Shown here piece after piece: positions 45,387 through 54,442 of a stretch of 64,000 nucleotides of DNA. Within the stretch, counting starts at the first letter, position 1; each line of letters begins with the position of its first letter. The DNA is taken from positions 32,001-96,000 of the IMG/VR virus record IMGVR_UViG_3300016471_001099; one strand, 5' to 3'. The notes beneath the pieces were generated by a model. The model was not told the origin of the DNA and made no database searches. It saw nothing but the letters and a program-made list of their open reading frames with translations. The position numbers and the translations under genes are program-made. This stretch comes from a virus.

Positions 45387-47472
45387 ACGGAACGAAGTAG
45401 TTTCATGCTGCCCGACCGAAGGGAAGTTGGTTAGAACCATACTCCCGTCGGTTGCGATATCACGCGAGAACGTGTATACGCTTCCGCTGTCGGTGGCGAC
45501 CAGCAAACAGAATGCAGTGGATTTCAAGTGTTATCAGCTGGCAAAAGTCGGACCGTATTCAGACGTTTACGACAACAAGGTTAAATTCAAGGCAGGCATA
45601 GTCAGGTCTTCGAATCCGGCCGTTAGGGCGGCCCAAGCCGTAGCTTCTTCCGCCCTTCCCGGAAACATGTCGGCGCTCAGAAACCCGGCACGAGCCACCC
45701 TGTGGTCGGCGGCTACGCCCGGAGGAAACTCCGTCCTGCCGACCGGCTCAATCAATCCGTTGGCCAGGGCGGCGGCGGGGGCTTTTCCGAAAGCCGAACG
45801 AGGATTCAGGTGCCCAGAAGGTTTTCAATTCGGCGGTCAATTCACCGACAAATATTTTTCCACGTGCGGGAAAAAACTTTTTTCTCTCGCGGTGTCCTTG
45901 CTTTCCGGAGTGACCAACGCTTTCGAAGCCCGTTCGCTCGGGTTGCCGAGGCAGTTGAACATATCCGGGGTTCCCGTGACGCCAATCGGCGGGGTGGGCC
46001 AAGTGTCCACCGTCAGGAGACCAGACATAGAAATACCCAAGGTCGGGTCGCCCAATTTCGGAGCTTTGAAAAACGCCATCAGAAACGTTTCATCCGAGAT
46101 GAACGAATACTCGAAACCCGTGTCAAGGCTGGTGAGAAGAGACGGCGTCGTCCTTACCCCTCTGGTGTCTCCGAAAATACTGCGCACCGTTCCCGACAAC
46201 AGGAACATGGAGGGTGCCGCTTACGTTTCGTACGTGTCCAAGCCCCATCAAATAGGGGGCGAGGAGTTGGGTATGTTTTCCAACAGCGGGATCAACTCTT
46301 TGATTTACGTGCTTCCCAACGGGGGGACGCTCACCCTTCGTAAAACGAGAAATCTGAGCAACGGCGAGCGTAGAAAACTCGGTCGTTTGGTTGCGGAAGC
46401 GGAACGGATGCGCAACGGCGACGACGCAGCCGCAAGAATCGAGCATATAGCGGCCGAAATGGACGGCCCGGTCGCGTACGAACAATTTTTCGGCGATTTG
46501 CGTGGACCGAACGATTTGATAACCGTTTCCGACCCAAAAACCAAGAAGCAACGCCAGATGCGTCGCTGGTACAGGGACGCGTTCATGTTGGACAAAACAA
46601 GGGGAACCGTCGCGTCTCGCGATACGCAGATAGAGGACGAGGCGGGGATGATAGAAGATCTTCGTTCGGCCGTAAGCATGCTGAACCAAGGCGGTCAGAT
46701 CGGGAACGTCGCACCCGAACTGAGAATACCAGCCCTGGAGATGAGCAAGTATGCGGAAAGCAGAAAACTGAACAACAGGATGACGAGGTACAGACTGGGC
46801 GACGATTTGATAACGTCCATCGTTCCGATGTCGTCCAACGAACACATCGGGGTAATGACGGCGGCGGAGGTGCAGTCGCAGTTGGGCGCACTGGCCCCGT
46901 ATGTATGGTTCGCGGGTTCGGGAACGAGGCGTCCGTACTTGATCTCCTACCCAAACGATTCAGAATCTCTCAGTCGTTTTTCTAGAAACACGGGAATGGA
47001 CCTAGCCGATCCGGAGGACATGGTGAGGCTGATGATCGCCGACTTCCTCACCGACACGCGCGACAGAAACCCGTCGAATCTTTTTACGGTCGGCGAATCC
47101 TCGCAAAAACGCACTTTTGCTGGTCCCGTCGCCTCTTCCGGTGGAGCAGGGTTGACGAAAACTCAATTGGAAGAGCGAGTCAACGCCCCGAGGGTCGTAC
47201 TGATGTCGGAGTTGGAAAATTCGTTTTATCGGTCTTATTTCATGAGGCTAAGAAAAGAACAGAGACGACGAGCCGTCGCTTTGCTGGAAGAGATGCTTGA
47301 CAGGGCGCGTAGGTTCAATATGGCAGAATTCTATAGGCGAATGGCCATAGACGGAAAACTTACCGAGGCGGAGCGCCGTCATATGGACATAGTCGCGAAG
47401 ATATTCGAAAACAGGCTGGAAATGCTGTCTGGTTCGCTCAGGTACGCAAGGAACATAATCAATGGAATCTAA
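45379..47472 (+). CDS. 697-aa protein with an RCPxG..GGQFTD motif and a C-terminal HipA/PI3-4K-like kinase-fold domain
   Basis: RGFRCPEGFQFGGQFTD; IADFLTDTRDRNPSN resembles the D-x-L-x-x-N-x-D-R-H-x-x-N kinase signature. Confidence 0.65.
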   Translation: MSERNEVVSCCPTEGKLVRTILPSVAISRENVYTLPLSVATSKQNAVDFKCYQLAKVGPYSDVYDNKVKFKAGIVRSSNPAVRAAQAVASSALPGNMSALRNPARATLWSAATPGGNSVLPTGSINPLARAAAGAFPKAERGFRCPEGFQFGGQFTDKYFSTCGKKLFSLAVSLLSGVTNAFEARSLGLPRQLNISGVPVTPIGGVGQVSTVRRPDIEIPKVGSPNFGALKNAIRNVSSEMNEYSKPVSRLVRRDGVVLTPLVSPKILRTVPDNRNMEGAAYVSYVSKPHQIGGEELGMFSNSGINSLIYVLPNGGTLTLRKTRNLSNGERRKLGRLVAEAERMRNGDDAAARIEHIAAEMDGPVAYEQFFGDLRGPNDLITVSDPKTKKQRQMRRWYRDAFMLDKTRGTVASRDTQIEDEAGMIEDLRSAVSMLNQGGQIGNVAPELRIPALEMSKYAESRKLNNRMTRYRLGDDLITSIVPMSSNEHIGVMTAAEVQSQLGALAPYVWFAGSGTRRPYLISYPNDSESLSRFSRNTGMDLADPEDMVRLMIADFLTDTRDRNPSNLFTVGESSQKRTFAGPVASSGGAGLTKTQLEERVNAPRVVLMSELENSFYRSYFMRLRKEQRRRAVALLEEMLDRARRFNMAEFYRRMAIDGKLTEAERRHMDIVAKIFENRLEMLSGSLRYARNIINGI

Positions 47473-50400
47473 GTCGTATTTTTCGACGGTAGTCGACTCG
47501 GACACCAATACGACTTTTGCCGTGTTGGTGCTCAGCGACGGCGTCGTCACCGCTCACGGATCCATGAAACAGGGAAAGGACTGGGCGGATTGGGTCAACT
47601 CGGGATACAAGTCCCTGCACCAACTCAGCTCATCGCTGGATCCTTCGCTGAAGATGGGCGAATTCGTCCCGCTGACGGAGGAAAACGTCAGATCGGACTA
47701 CTCGTCTTTCGGCCCGACAACCGCCAAGGAACTGATTTCGTTGATAGATACGAAATCCAACGCCGAAACTCGCATCGAAACGAAATCAGATCCGAATGCC
47801 GAACTGTCAACGAAGTCGTCGGAGGCGGCCGACGAGCATCCTTCCGATCGTAGCGTTGAGGACGAGCCGGAATCGGAACCAATCCGGTCTTGGATGATCT
47901 CCGACGTGAGCATAAGTATGTTCGACGTGCAAATGAAACGCGACGCCGTGGACTTCAAGGCCAGGCAATTCGTGCGAAACAATAAATTTGCGTCGTTCGT
48001 TCTTTCGGTAAAAGGATCCAAGGCGAGCGTCGTGTCTGGAAATTGGACGGTCAGGCCGCACGCGTCTAGGGATTTGTCGCAAGTTCTCGAGGGATTCGAC
48101 AGAAAAATAAAAACCAATGCTTTTGCGTTCCTGGACAGAAACGGATACTTCGAAAAGATGGTTCCGATCGGATTTGCGGGTCTCCCCCCGGCGCACATAG
48201 CAAGGGACGCTGACAAAGATTTCAGGGTTTGGGAAGGGTACTCGTGGATAAATAGAGGACAAGGGATACTCGACCCGACCCCCGACGGAGCGATGGGATC
48301 CGCTGCCAGGGGAATGAGATCTTTCGGCGGTCGCCTGGCGAACATATTCGATCAGCCAAATCGCGTCAGGAGAATGACCAGGCGAGACAGGGAAAATTCC
48401 CGCAGAAACGACGCGACGGCCGCGATCAACGACTTAAATCAACTCGTTCCAAAACCGAGCTCCGAAAGGGGCGGAAACAACAGGTTGAAAAACAGACTGT
48501 TGAATCTGGCCGAGGAAGTGTCCGAATTTGTCGACGGAGAAATAACCGCAACCCCGAGAACCAGACGAGAAATTAGAAGATTCGACGAATCTTCGGCGAG
48601 AATTCAAAACGCGGGCGAATACGTTGATTACGACGCAATGGACGAACCTTCCGCCGGCATGAGGCAGATAAGGGGAGACTCCCCCGAAACTCCCCCCGCG
48701 GTCTCCGCCGCCGAGGAGAGATTGACGAAACCAGACAAAGAGATACTTCCCGGAGAAACGGAAACGGTGGCCAGATCGGAGAGGGGGGATTCTCCCAGGG
48801 GAGACGGAAACGGAATGCTCGGGAGGCTGTCGTCTCGCATATCGAGAATAACGAGAAGGATCAATTCGTCCGATAAAAACGTCGTTCCGGAATCGGAAAC
48901 GGAAGAAATAGATCCGCCGAACAACCCGATACCAACCCCCTCAGTCATATCGGACGACCCATGGGTCATGGACGACGCGACCAGGGCCGAACTGGCGTCT
49001 TTGGTTAGGAGTGTCACGCCGATCGGAACGTACGCGACTTTTAGCTCGAGATTCGGCGAGGATGAAATAGATTGGCACGATTTGTCTCCTGCCGAACAAT
49101 CCTCGGTTTCCAAGGAAATAGCTTTCAGGCGCGACGAATTGATTAATATCGTCCAGGAGCTTCTCACCCCGATATTGCCAGGAGACAAGGATTACAGGGT
49201 GGATGGAGTCGTCACTCCGGATTCGGTGAGACAGGCGATAAAAGACAATCACGTTTCGTTGCATCCTGGCGGAGGGAACCTTTACGCCGACGTCGCGTCA
49301 CTGTTGGCGATAGACGATTTCCTCGGAGCCAAGCCGTACGAAGTGGACAGACAATCGTCGGCGTGGAGGTCAATAGACAATAGAAACAGGTCCGTCATAT
49401 CCAAGAGGGCGGATATTCAGAGCAGGGAAATTCGCGATCAAATGTCTCGTAGGGCGCGGGGAACGCTGGGGGAGAGAACGGTGATTTCGCAAGCGGAAAC
49501 CGTGGCGTCGCCGAACGAACCCAGAACTTTAACGCTGAGCAAACTGCAACCACGAAGACTCGTTTTCACGCCTGAAAAACCGAGTGGTCTACGACTCATG
49601 TCCGAATATCAGCAACCCGAACAGGATGCGATACTGGCCAGCGCCGCGGAGATGCGCAAGAGCATCTCCGATTTCCTTCGCGCAAACCTGGGGATTTCGC
49701 AGACCGCGGAGCTTACGGAAGACGTGCTCGCCGATTGGATGTCCAGGTCGTCACCGGAAAACGCGGCCAGAATTCAAAAATACGCCCACAACCTCATAGT
49801 TCTCGACGATTTCTTGGCGGCAAGAGCCGCTGGATTGTCTGGCGATCTGGAATGGAACAACCTAACGCAACCGGCGAGAGAAAGAATACTGGCGAATTCC
49901 AACGTCGTAAAAGCCCCGCAAACCGTCAAAACCACAAAGAGAAAGCCAAGGACTCCGAAAGCCCCCACTCCCGTGGCGCCGAGTGCTCCGCAGCCACCAA
50001 CAACGCCGACCACCACCGATTCGCCAGCGAAACAAAACAAACCGCAGGTGGGAATAGGTCTTTCTCGGGTGGGCGGAAAATTGGGAGATTTGAAAGTGCC
50101 GGATCAGGATTCCGTGTCCACGTTCGACGCAAGCACGCAGACCGTCACGACAACCGCCGAGGACGGAACGCAGGAAACAAAACAATTGAGCTCTTTCGGA
50201 AGGCCGAATCAATACGATTTTTCGAACGGCGTGATGGTGAACGGAGTCGCCTACGTCATGGAAACGAACCTTGGGCTCTACAGAGACCCGATTTCCGGGG
50301 AATATCTCACCGACTATTCGAAAGTACCCATCTCGATAGATACTCAAATAACGCCGGCCGCAGCCTTGGAGCCCGTGCAAACCTCCAAGAAGACCGGGTC

Positions 50401-53008
50401 GATAGTTAGCTATCCGTCGGTGACCCCATTGGCAAAGGACAAAAACAAGCAATACGGATTGACCAGGGACCAATCGATGTCGCAAACGGAAATGTTGTCG
50501 GCGGTATTCGGTCTGGACGCTACCCAAGCGGAGGCGCTGGTCGGATCAAGGATTTACTTCGCCCCGGGCGTCATGCCTGGAAAGTCGACGGATTCGTTCC
50601 GTCAGGCGGCCATGCTCATGTTGCACACGGCGTCACTGACGTCGGCGATACCCGACGCCGAAAAGCAGGATCTCCAGTTGTTGGAACTGGTGGACATCCC
50701 GGAGGGTGCGGATGTAATAGAGACTTACTTAAACCACATAGGAAAACCGGATCTAGCCGTCGCCTATGTAGTCGCCGGAAGACCTTCAAATTTCCTGGAC
50801 ATGGGCGACTCCAGCGCTCGCCAAGGCTTGAACATACCCGTATCCGCATTGGTGCCGACGCACCTAAAGGGCGCCGCTTCGTCGTCCGGGTCAAATTATT
50901 ATTCTCGCCAGGCGCAACTGGTCAGCATATTTGGCGGAGACGACAGCTCCGACAAGAACGGACTCGTCCCCGGAATGAGGTCGGATTCGCAACCAGCCGT
51001 GCGAAAGATGGTTATTGTATGGCGCCACCCGGAAAACTATCCGCGGGATCGTTATAGGTATCGATATGGTTCGGGAAATCTAACCCACATTCAAAGCATT
51101 GCGCAAGCGATAAACAAGGCCTTGGCTTCGGACTCTCCGCAAGATTGGTACGAAGCATTCGAGATGGTCAAAAATGCTTACGAATCGGCCAAAGATGCAC
51201 GCGACGCGGCGTTGAGAAAGTGGAGGGGGGCGGCCGGCGAGAAAAGCAGGACTCCGCGTCCTCGTCGCGAGTTCATATTGAGCGGCGACTTGGTCGAATC
51301 GCTGGAGACGATACTTGCCGACGTGTTCGGTCCCAATATGCACAAAGTAGCGGATTCGGTGAGAAACAAAAAATCGCAGGCGGCGAAAGTCACCAACGAA
51401 ATGGGCAGGCTGCGCAGGCGTGCCCAGCAGACGGGAATACGCAACGTCGCAGGACTGGAGGACGGAATGCTTTCTCCGCCGACGGCGCCCGACGGAAGTC
51501 CACTTGCCCCGAGGGAAGCCCAGCAAATACTTGACATGCTGGAAGCCCATGCGACGCAGGGATTCTTGCCGCACGTTTCGCGAACGATGGCCCCCGGCGA
51601 TCCGTTGGAAATTTCGGATCTTTCGGAGGAAGCGATAAGTACGTTGGCCCTAATAGGCATGTCAGTTGAAAGAATGATAGATCCCGAAACCCAACTTCCT
51701 CTCGCCGAGGTTTATCCGGACATAAGAGGCGGAGTGACGAGAAAACACGCGTTGCACAACGCCATCTACTGGGCGATAGGGGCGAAGGGTCGTCCGATAC
51801 TCGTGTCCGAAGACGAAATGGCGTTGTTGCTCGGTAGTAGTGCGATCCCGGACACGACCACCCCGATCGAGCCAAGAGATTACGTTCCGAACTTCTACCA
51901 AATACGAAGAGGCATAAGCCAGCAAAAAACAGGGAAAACAACCCACCAAATGGCACAGGAATTCATAGACGGAAAACTATTCATTCCATTGGAGGGTGGT
52001 AATGCCGGAGGAAACGGGCACAACTTCGCGAGAACGGGTGCCGGAATGTCTGGGTACGGCGGAAACGATCCTCATGGCGACATCATTCTCGCCGCCGTTC
52101 CGAAAACCGCGCGTTTGGACAACAGGGGCAGAATGGCTACGTTGCAGTCCGAACTGCATGAAATGTTTGGAGCTTTCTTTACTTCCATAACGCTTTTTGC
52201 GGGAATAGAAAAGACAATGCCAATAGATCTCGACGCGACCGACGACCCCGACTGGAGTCACGACAACGCCTCTAATCCGTTTTACAAGAAGGATAGACCG
52301 AACGTCGCCCACGGATATTTCGTTCCGCACGGAGCCCGAACGGTTGGAGCTCACAGGGGTCAATCCAGCGGAGAGGCCCTGTTAAGGAAGGCAAGAGAAA
52401 TGGGCATGTCGATACCGAGGGTGGATACCAGCGATCTGGAATCCATAAGGGATTTAGCAAAAGTAATAATGGCCGTCGCCGAGGAACAGTTCAAAAACAC
52501 GTTCGATTCCGAAGAGACACCAATACCGGGAGATCCCTTCTACGGCGATCAGTGGTGGAGAGCGACGAGGGCGCAAGTGTTCGGATGGATGGTGCAACTG
52601 GAAATACTCAAGGCGATGGAAATGGCCAAACTGAAATCCGAAGGAAAGGTTCCCTGGAGCTCCGAAGTGGCCAATTACGTGATGGCGCAGGAATTGATAT
52701 CGTGGTGGAACGACGAAATAATACAGGCGATGTTGTTCGGCGTTGATGTATATAGCGCCGACAGCTCGATCCCGTTGACGACGAATCCGTTGGTTGCGTT
52801 AAAGGGATACAATATCGGCACGCACATAATGGTCGTAAACCGAACCTCATTGATAGTCCTGAAGAGGCCAGTCACCGAGTCGGCGGAACGAGACATCGCC
52901 GACGCAATAAGAAACCCGCAAATTAGGAAACCCGGAGACCCATCCATGGTGTGGAATCCGTATCGTGGAACGTGGGTCCAAGACCCAGACCAAGGTTCAG
53001 GAGAGTGA
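47462..53008 (+). CDS. 1848-aa multidomain protein with a DPTP module and a C-terminal ART-like domain
   Basis: RDADKDFRVWEGYSWINRGQGILDPTP; EPSAGM; GRPILVSEDE...IRRGIS...EFIDG...GGNAGGNGHNFA...IILAAVPKTARL. Confidence 0.72.
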   Translation: MESKSYFSTVVDSDTNTTFAVLVLSDGVVTAHGSMKQGKDWADWVNSGYKSLHQLSSSLDPSLKMGEFVPLTEENVRSDYSSFGPTTAKELISLIDTKSNAETRIETKSDPNAELSTKSSEAADEHPSDRSVEDEPESEPIRSWMISDVSISMFDVQMKRDAVDFKARQFVRNNKFASFVLSVKGSKASVVSGNWTVRPHASRDLSQVLEGFDRKIKTNAFAFLDRNGYFEKMVPIGFAGLPPAHIARDADKDFRVWEGYSWINRGQGILDPTPDGAMGSAARGMRSFGGRLANIFDQPNRVRRMTRRDRENSRRNDATAAINDLNQLVPKPSSERGGNNRLKNRLLNLAEEVSEFVDGEITATPRTRREIRRFDESSARIQNAGEYVDYDAMDEPSAGMRQIRGDSPETPPAVSAAEERLTKPDKEILPGETETVARSERGDSPRGDGNGMLGRLSSRISRITRRINSSDKNVVPESETEEIDPPNNPIPTPSVISDDPWVMDDATRAELASLVRSVTPIGTYATFSSRFGEDEIDWHDLSPAEQSSVSKEIAFRRDELINIVQELLTPILPGDKDYRVDGVVTPDSVRQAIKDNHVSLHPGGGNLYADVASLLAIDDFLGAKPYEVDRQSSAWRSIDNRNRSVISKRADIQSREIRDQMSRRARGTLGERTVISQAETVASPNEPRTLTLSKLQPRRLVFTPEKPSGLRLMSEYQQPEQDAILASAAEMRKSISDFLRANLGISQTAELTEDVLADWMSRSSPENAARIQKYAHNLIVLDDFLAARAAGLSGDLEWNNLTQPARERILANSNVVKAPQTVKTTKRKPRTPKAPTPVAPSAPQPPTTPTTTDSPAKQNKPQVGIGLSRVGGKLGDLKVPDQDSVSTFDASTQTVTTTAEDGTQETKQLSSFGRPNQYDFSNGVMVNGVAYVMETNLGLYRDPISGEYLTDYSKVPISIDTQITPAAALEPVQTSKKTGSIVSYPSVTPLAKDKNKQYGLTRDQSMSQTEMLSAVFGLDATQAEALVGSRIYFAPGVMPGKSTDSFRQAAMLMLHTASLTSAIPDAEKQDLQLLELVDIPEGADVIETYLNHIGKPDLAVAYVVAGRPSNFLDMGDSSARQGLNIPVSALVPTHLKGAASSSGSNYYSRQAQLVSIFGGDDSSDKNGLVPGMRSDSQPAVRKMVIVWRHPENYPRDRYRYRYGSGNLTHIQSIAQAINKALASDSPQDWYEAFEMVKNAYESAKDARDAALRKWRGAAGEKSRTPRPRREFILSGDLVESLETILADVFGPNMHKVADSVRNKKSQAAKVTNEMGRLRRRAQQTGIRNVAGLEDGMLSPPTAPDGSPLAPREAQQILDMLEAHATQGFLPHVSRTMAPGDPLEISDLSEEAISTLALIGMSVERMIDPETQLPLAEVYPDIRGGVTRKHALHNAIYWAIGAKGRPILVSEDEMALLLGSSAIPDTTTPIEPRDYVPNFYQIRRGISQQKTGKTTHQMAQEFIDGKLFIPLEGGNAGGNGHNFARTGAGMSGYGGNDPHGDIILAAVPKTARLDNRGRMATLQSELHEMFGAFFTSITLFAGIEKTMPIDLDATDDPDWSHDNASNPFYKKDRPNVAHGYFVPHGARTVGAHRGQSSGEALLRKAREMGMSIPRVDTSDLESIRDLAKVIMAVAEEQFKNTFDSEETPIPGDPFYGDQWWRATRAQVFGWMVQLEILKAMEMAKLKSEGKVPWSSEVANYVMAQELISWWNDEIIQAMLFGVDVYSADSSIPLTTNPLVALKGYNIGTHIMVVNRTSLIVLKRPVTESAERDIADAIRNPQIRKPGDPSMVWNPYRGTWVQDPDQGSGE

Positions 53009-53436
53009 AACGAGCGATGACGGACATGCCGGAAATTTCCATCAACGAGCTGGAGCGCGAGGAGTATCTTCAGGATTTCAAATCAGTCGCCGAGGACGCA
53101 AAGTATCCGCCGTTTAGCGTGCCGACCAACGATAAGGAAAACGATTTTTTGCTCAATTTGTCGCGCGAGTACGACGCCTTCGTGACCGGAGAAAAACCGT
53201 ACGACTCATTCGAGGGGTTGCAGAACGAATACGCTGACGAATTAGTCGAATCGAGGGCTTGGAGGTCTTTGGGCTACTCTCCCGAAAAAGCAGCCAAAGA
53301 GGCAATAAGAAAATCGTTGGAACAAGAAGAATATCCCGACACTGTCGCCGAATACTTGGTCGGCAGACAATATGAAACGAACGCAAAAGTAGGGCAGATG
53401 TTCGCCGACGAAATACTTCCATGGGGGGCGACGTGA
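53005..53436 (+). CDS. Acidic hypothetical protein
   Basis: GTG 53005 overlaps the upstream TGA; ATG 53017 is an alternative start. Confidence 0.7.
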   Translation: MKRAMTDMPEISINELEREEYLQDFKSVAEDAKYPPFSVPTNDKENDFLLNLSREYDAFVTGEKPYDSFEGLQNEYADELVESRAWRSLGYSPEKAAKEAIRKSLEQEEYPDTVAEYLVGRQYETNAKVGQMFADEILPWGAT

Positions 53437-54368
53437 AAAAGCAGGCTTCGAGGGAAGAGGTTTTGAAGATCGCCCGTTACATGGGTTGTCGTGGCGCACA
53501 TCAGGACGAATCGGGCAATTGGATGCCTTGCGCGGACATGGAAACTCTGCAGAGATTGTCCTCCGCAGCCGAGAACGACGAATGGTTGGAACAATACGAG
53601 AAAGATTTGTATTCCGGAAATGCGAGTTTCGGAACCTCCGCCGCCAACGTCGACATCAACGGAAGGAAAAAACGGGGAGTGAGGCCGTACGGAATCGAAC
53701 CAGAACCCTTCACGAAGAGCGATTCGTCTGGAAATTACACCAATCCAGGCTTGAGGGAAAGCATAAAGAAACGCATAATGGCCGGATCAAACGGCGGGAA
53801 ACCCGGGCAGTGGTCCGCCAGAAAAGCGCAACTCGTCGCCCAGGAATACAAAAAACGAGGCGGAAAATACAGGGGTAAAAAAACCAAAAAACAAAGATCG
53901 TTGTCCAAGTGGACTTCGGAAAAATGGACCACCTCCGACGGCAAGCCGGCGATCAGGCAGGGAGGCACTAGAAGATACCTTCCGGCAAAAGCTTGGTCCA
54001 AGCTGAGCCCTTCTCAACGGGCTGCCACCAATAAAAAGAAAATAGAGGGAAGCAAACGCGGTCGTCAATTCGTAGCCAACACCGAAGCGGCGGCCAAAGC
54101 AAGGAAAAATTCCGTCAAATCAGCAAGTCCGATAATCGTAAAACAAACCCTGGTGATGCAAAGATTCACCGAGACCGAAGGTCGCGGGCCTGGGCCCAGA
54201 AGAAAAAAACGCGGCAAGCGCTGGGAGAAGCTCGCCGAAAGAGGTCCTGAAAAAATCGTGTCCACGCCCAACTTGGGCCTTACCTCAAAAACTTCGCCGA
54301 GAGATCTCAATAAGGTTGCGACGGAAGTAAAACAAGTATTGACAACTTCTCGTTTTTTGATCAACTAA
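53433..54368 (+). CDS. Basic protein with a GC..H..WMPC module and a DUF5872-like domain
   Basis: GTGA coupling; NYTNPGLRESIKKRIMAGS.GGKPGQWSARKAQL...YLPAKAW. DUF name recalled from memory. Confidence 0.72.
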   Translation: MKKQASREEVLKIARYMGCRGAHQDESGNWMPCADMETLQRLSSAAENDEWLEQYEKDLYSGNASFGTSAANVDINGRKKRGVRPYGIEPEPFTKSDSSGNYTNPGLRESIKKRIMAGSNGGKPGQWSARKAQLVAQEYKKRGGKYRGKKTKKQRSLSKWTSEKWTTSDGKPAIRQGGTRRYLPAKAWSKLSPSQRAATNKKKIEGSKRGRQFVANTEAAAKARKNSVKSASPIIVKQTLVMQRFTETEGRGPGPRRKKRGKRWEKLAERGPEKIVSTPNLGLTSKTSPRDLNKVATEVKQVLTTSRFLIN

Positions 54369-54403
54369 CACCGCACAAACCGGTATTGAAGTATTCTTAT
54401 CGG

Positions 54404-54409
54404 TACTAT
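54404..54409 (+). promoter_or_regulatory. Putative -10 element (TACTAT)
   Basis: TANNNT in the AT-rich gap before ATG 54443. TTGAAG at 54386 is at non-canonical spacing. Confidence 0.25.
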
Positions 54410-54442
54410 AAGCGCGCTTAATGCGTTTACGAACGGGAACAA

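Noticed and set aside
52037-52048. GAGM inside the ART-like domain
   Set aside because: It lacks the acidic upstream linker and sits within a putative folded domain, so it is probably a chance match. Not counted.
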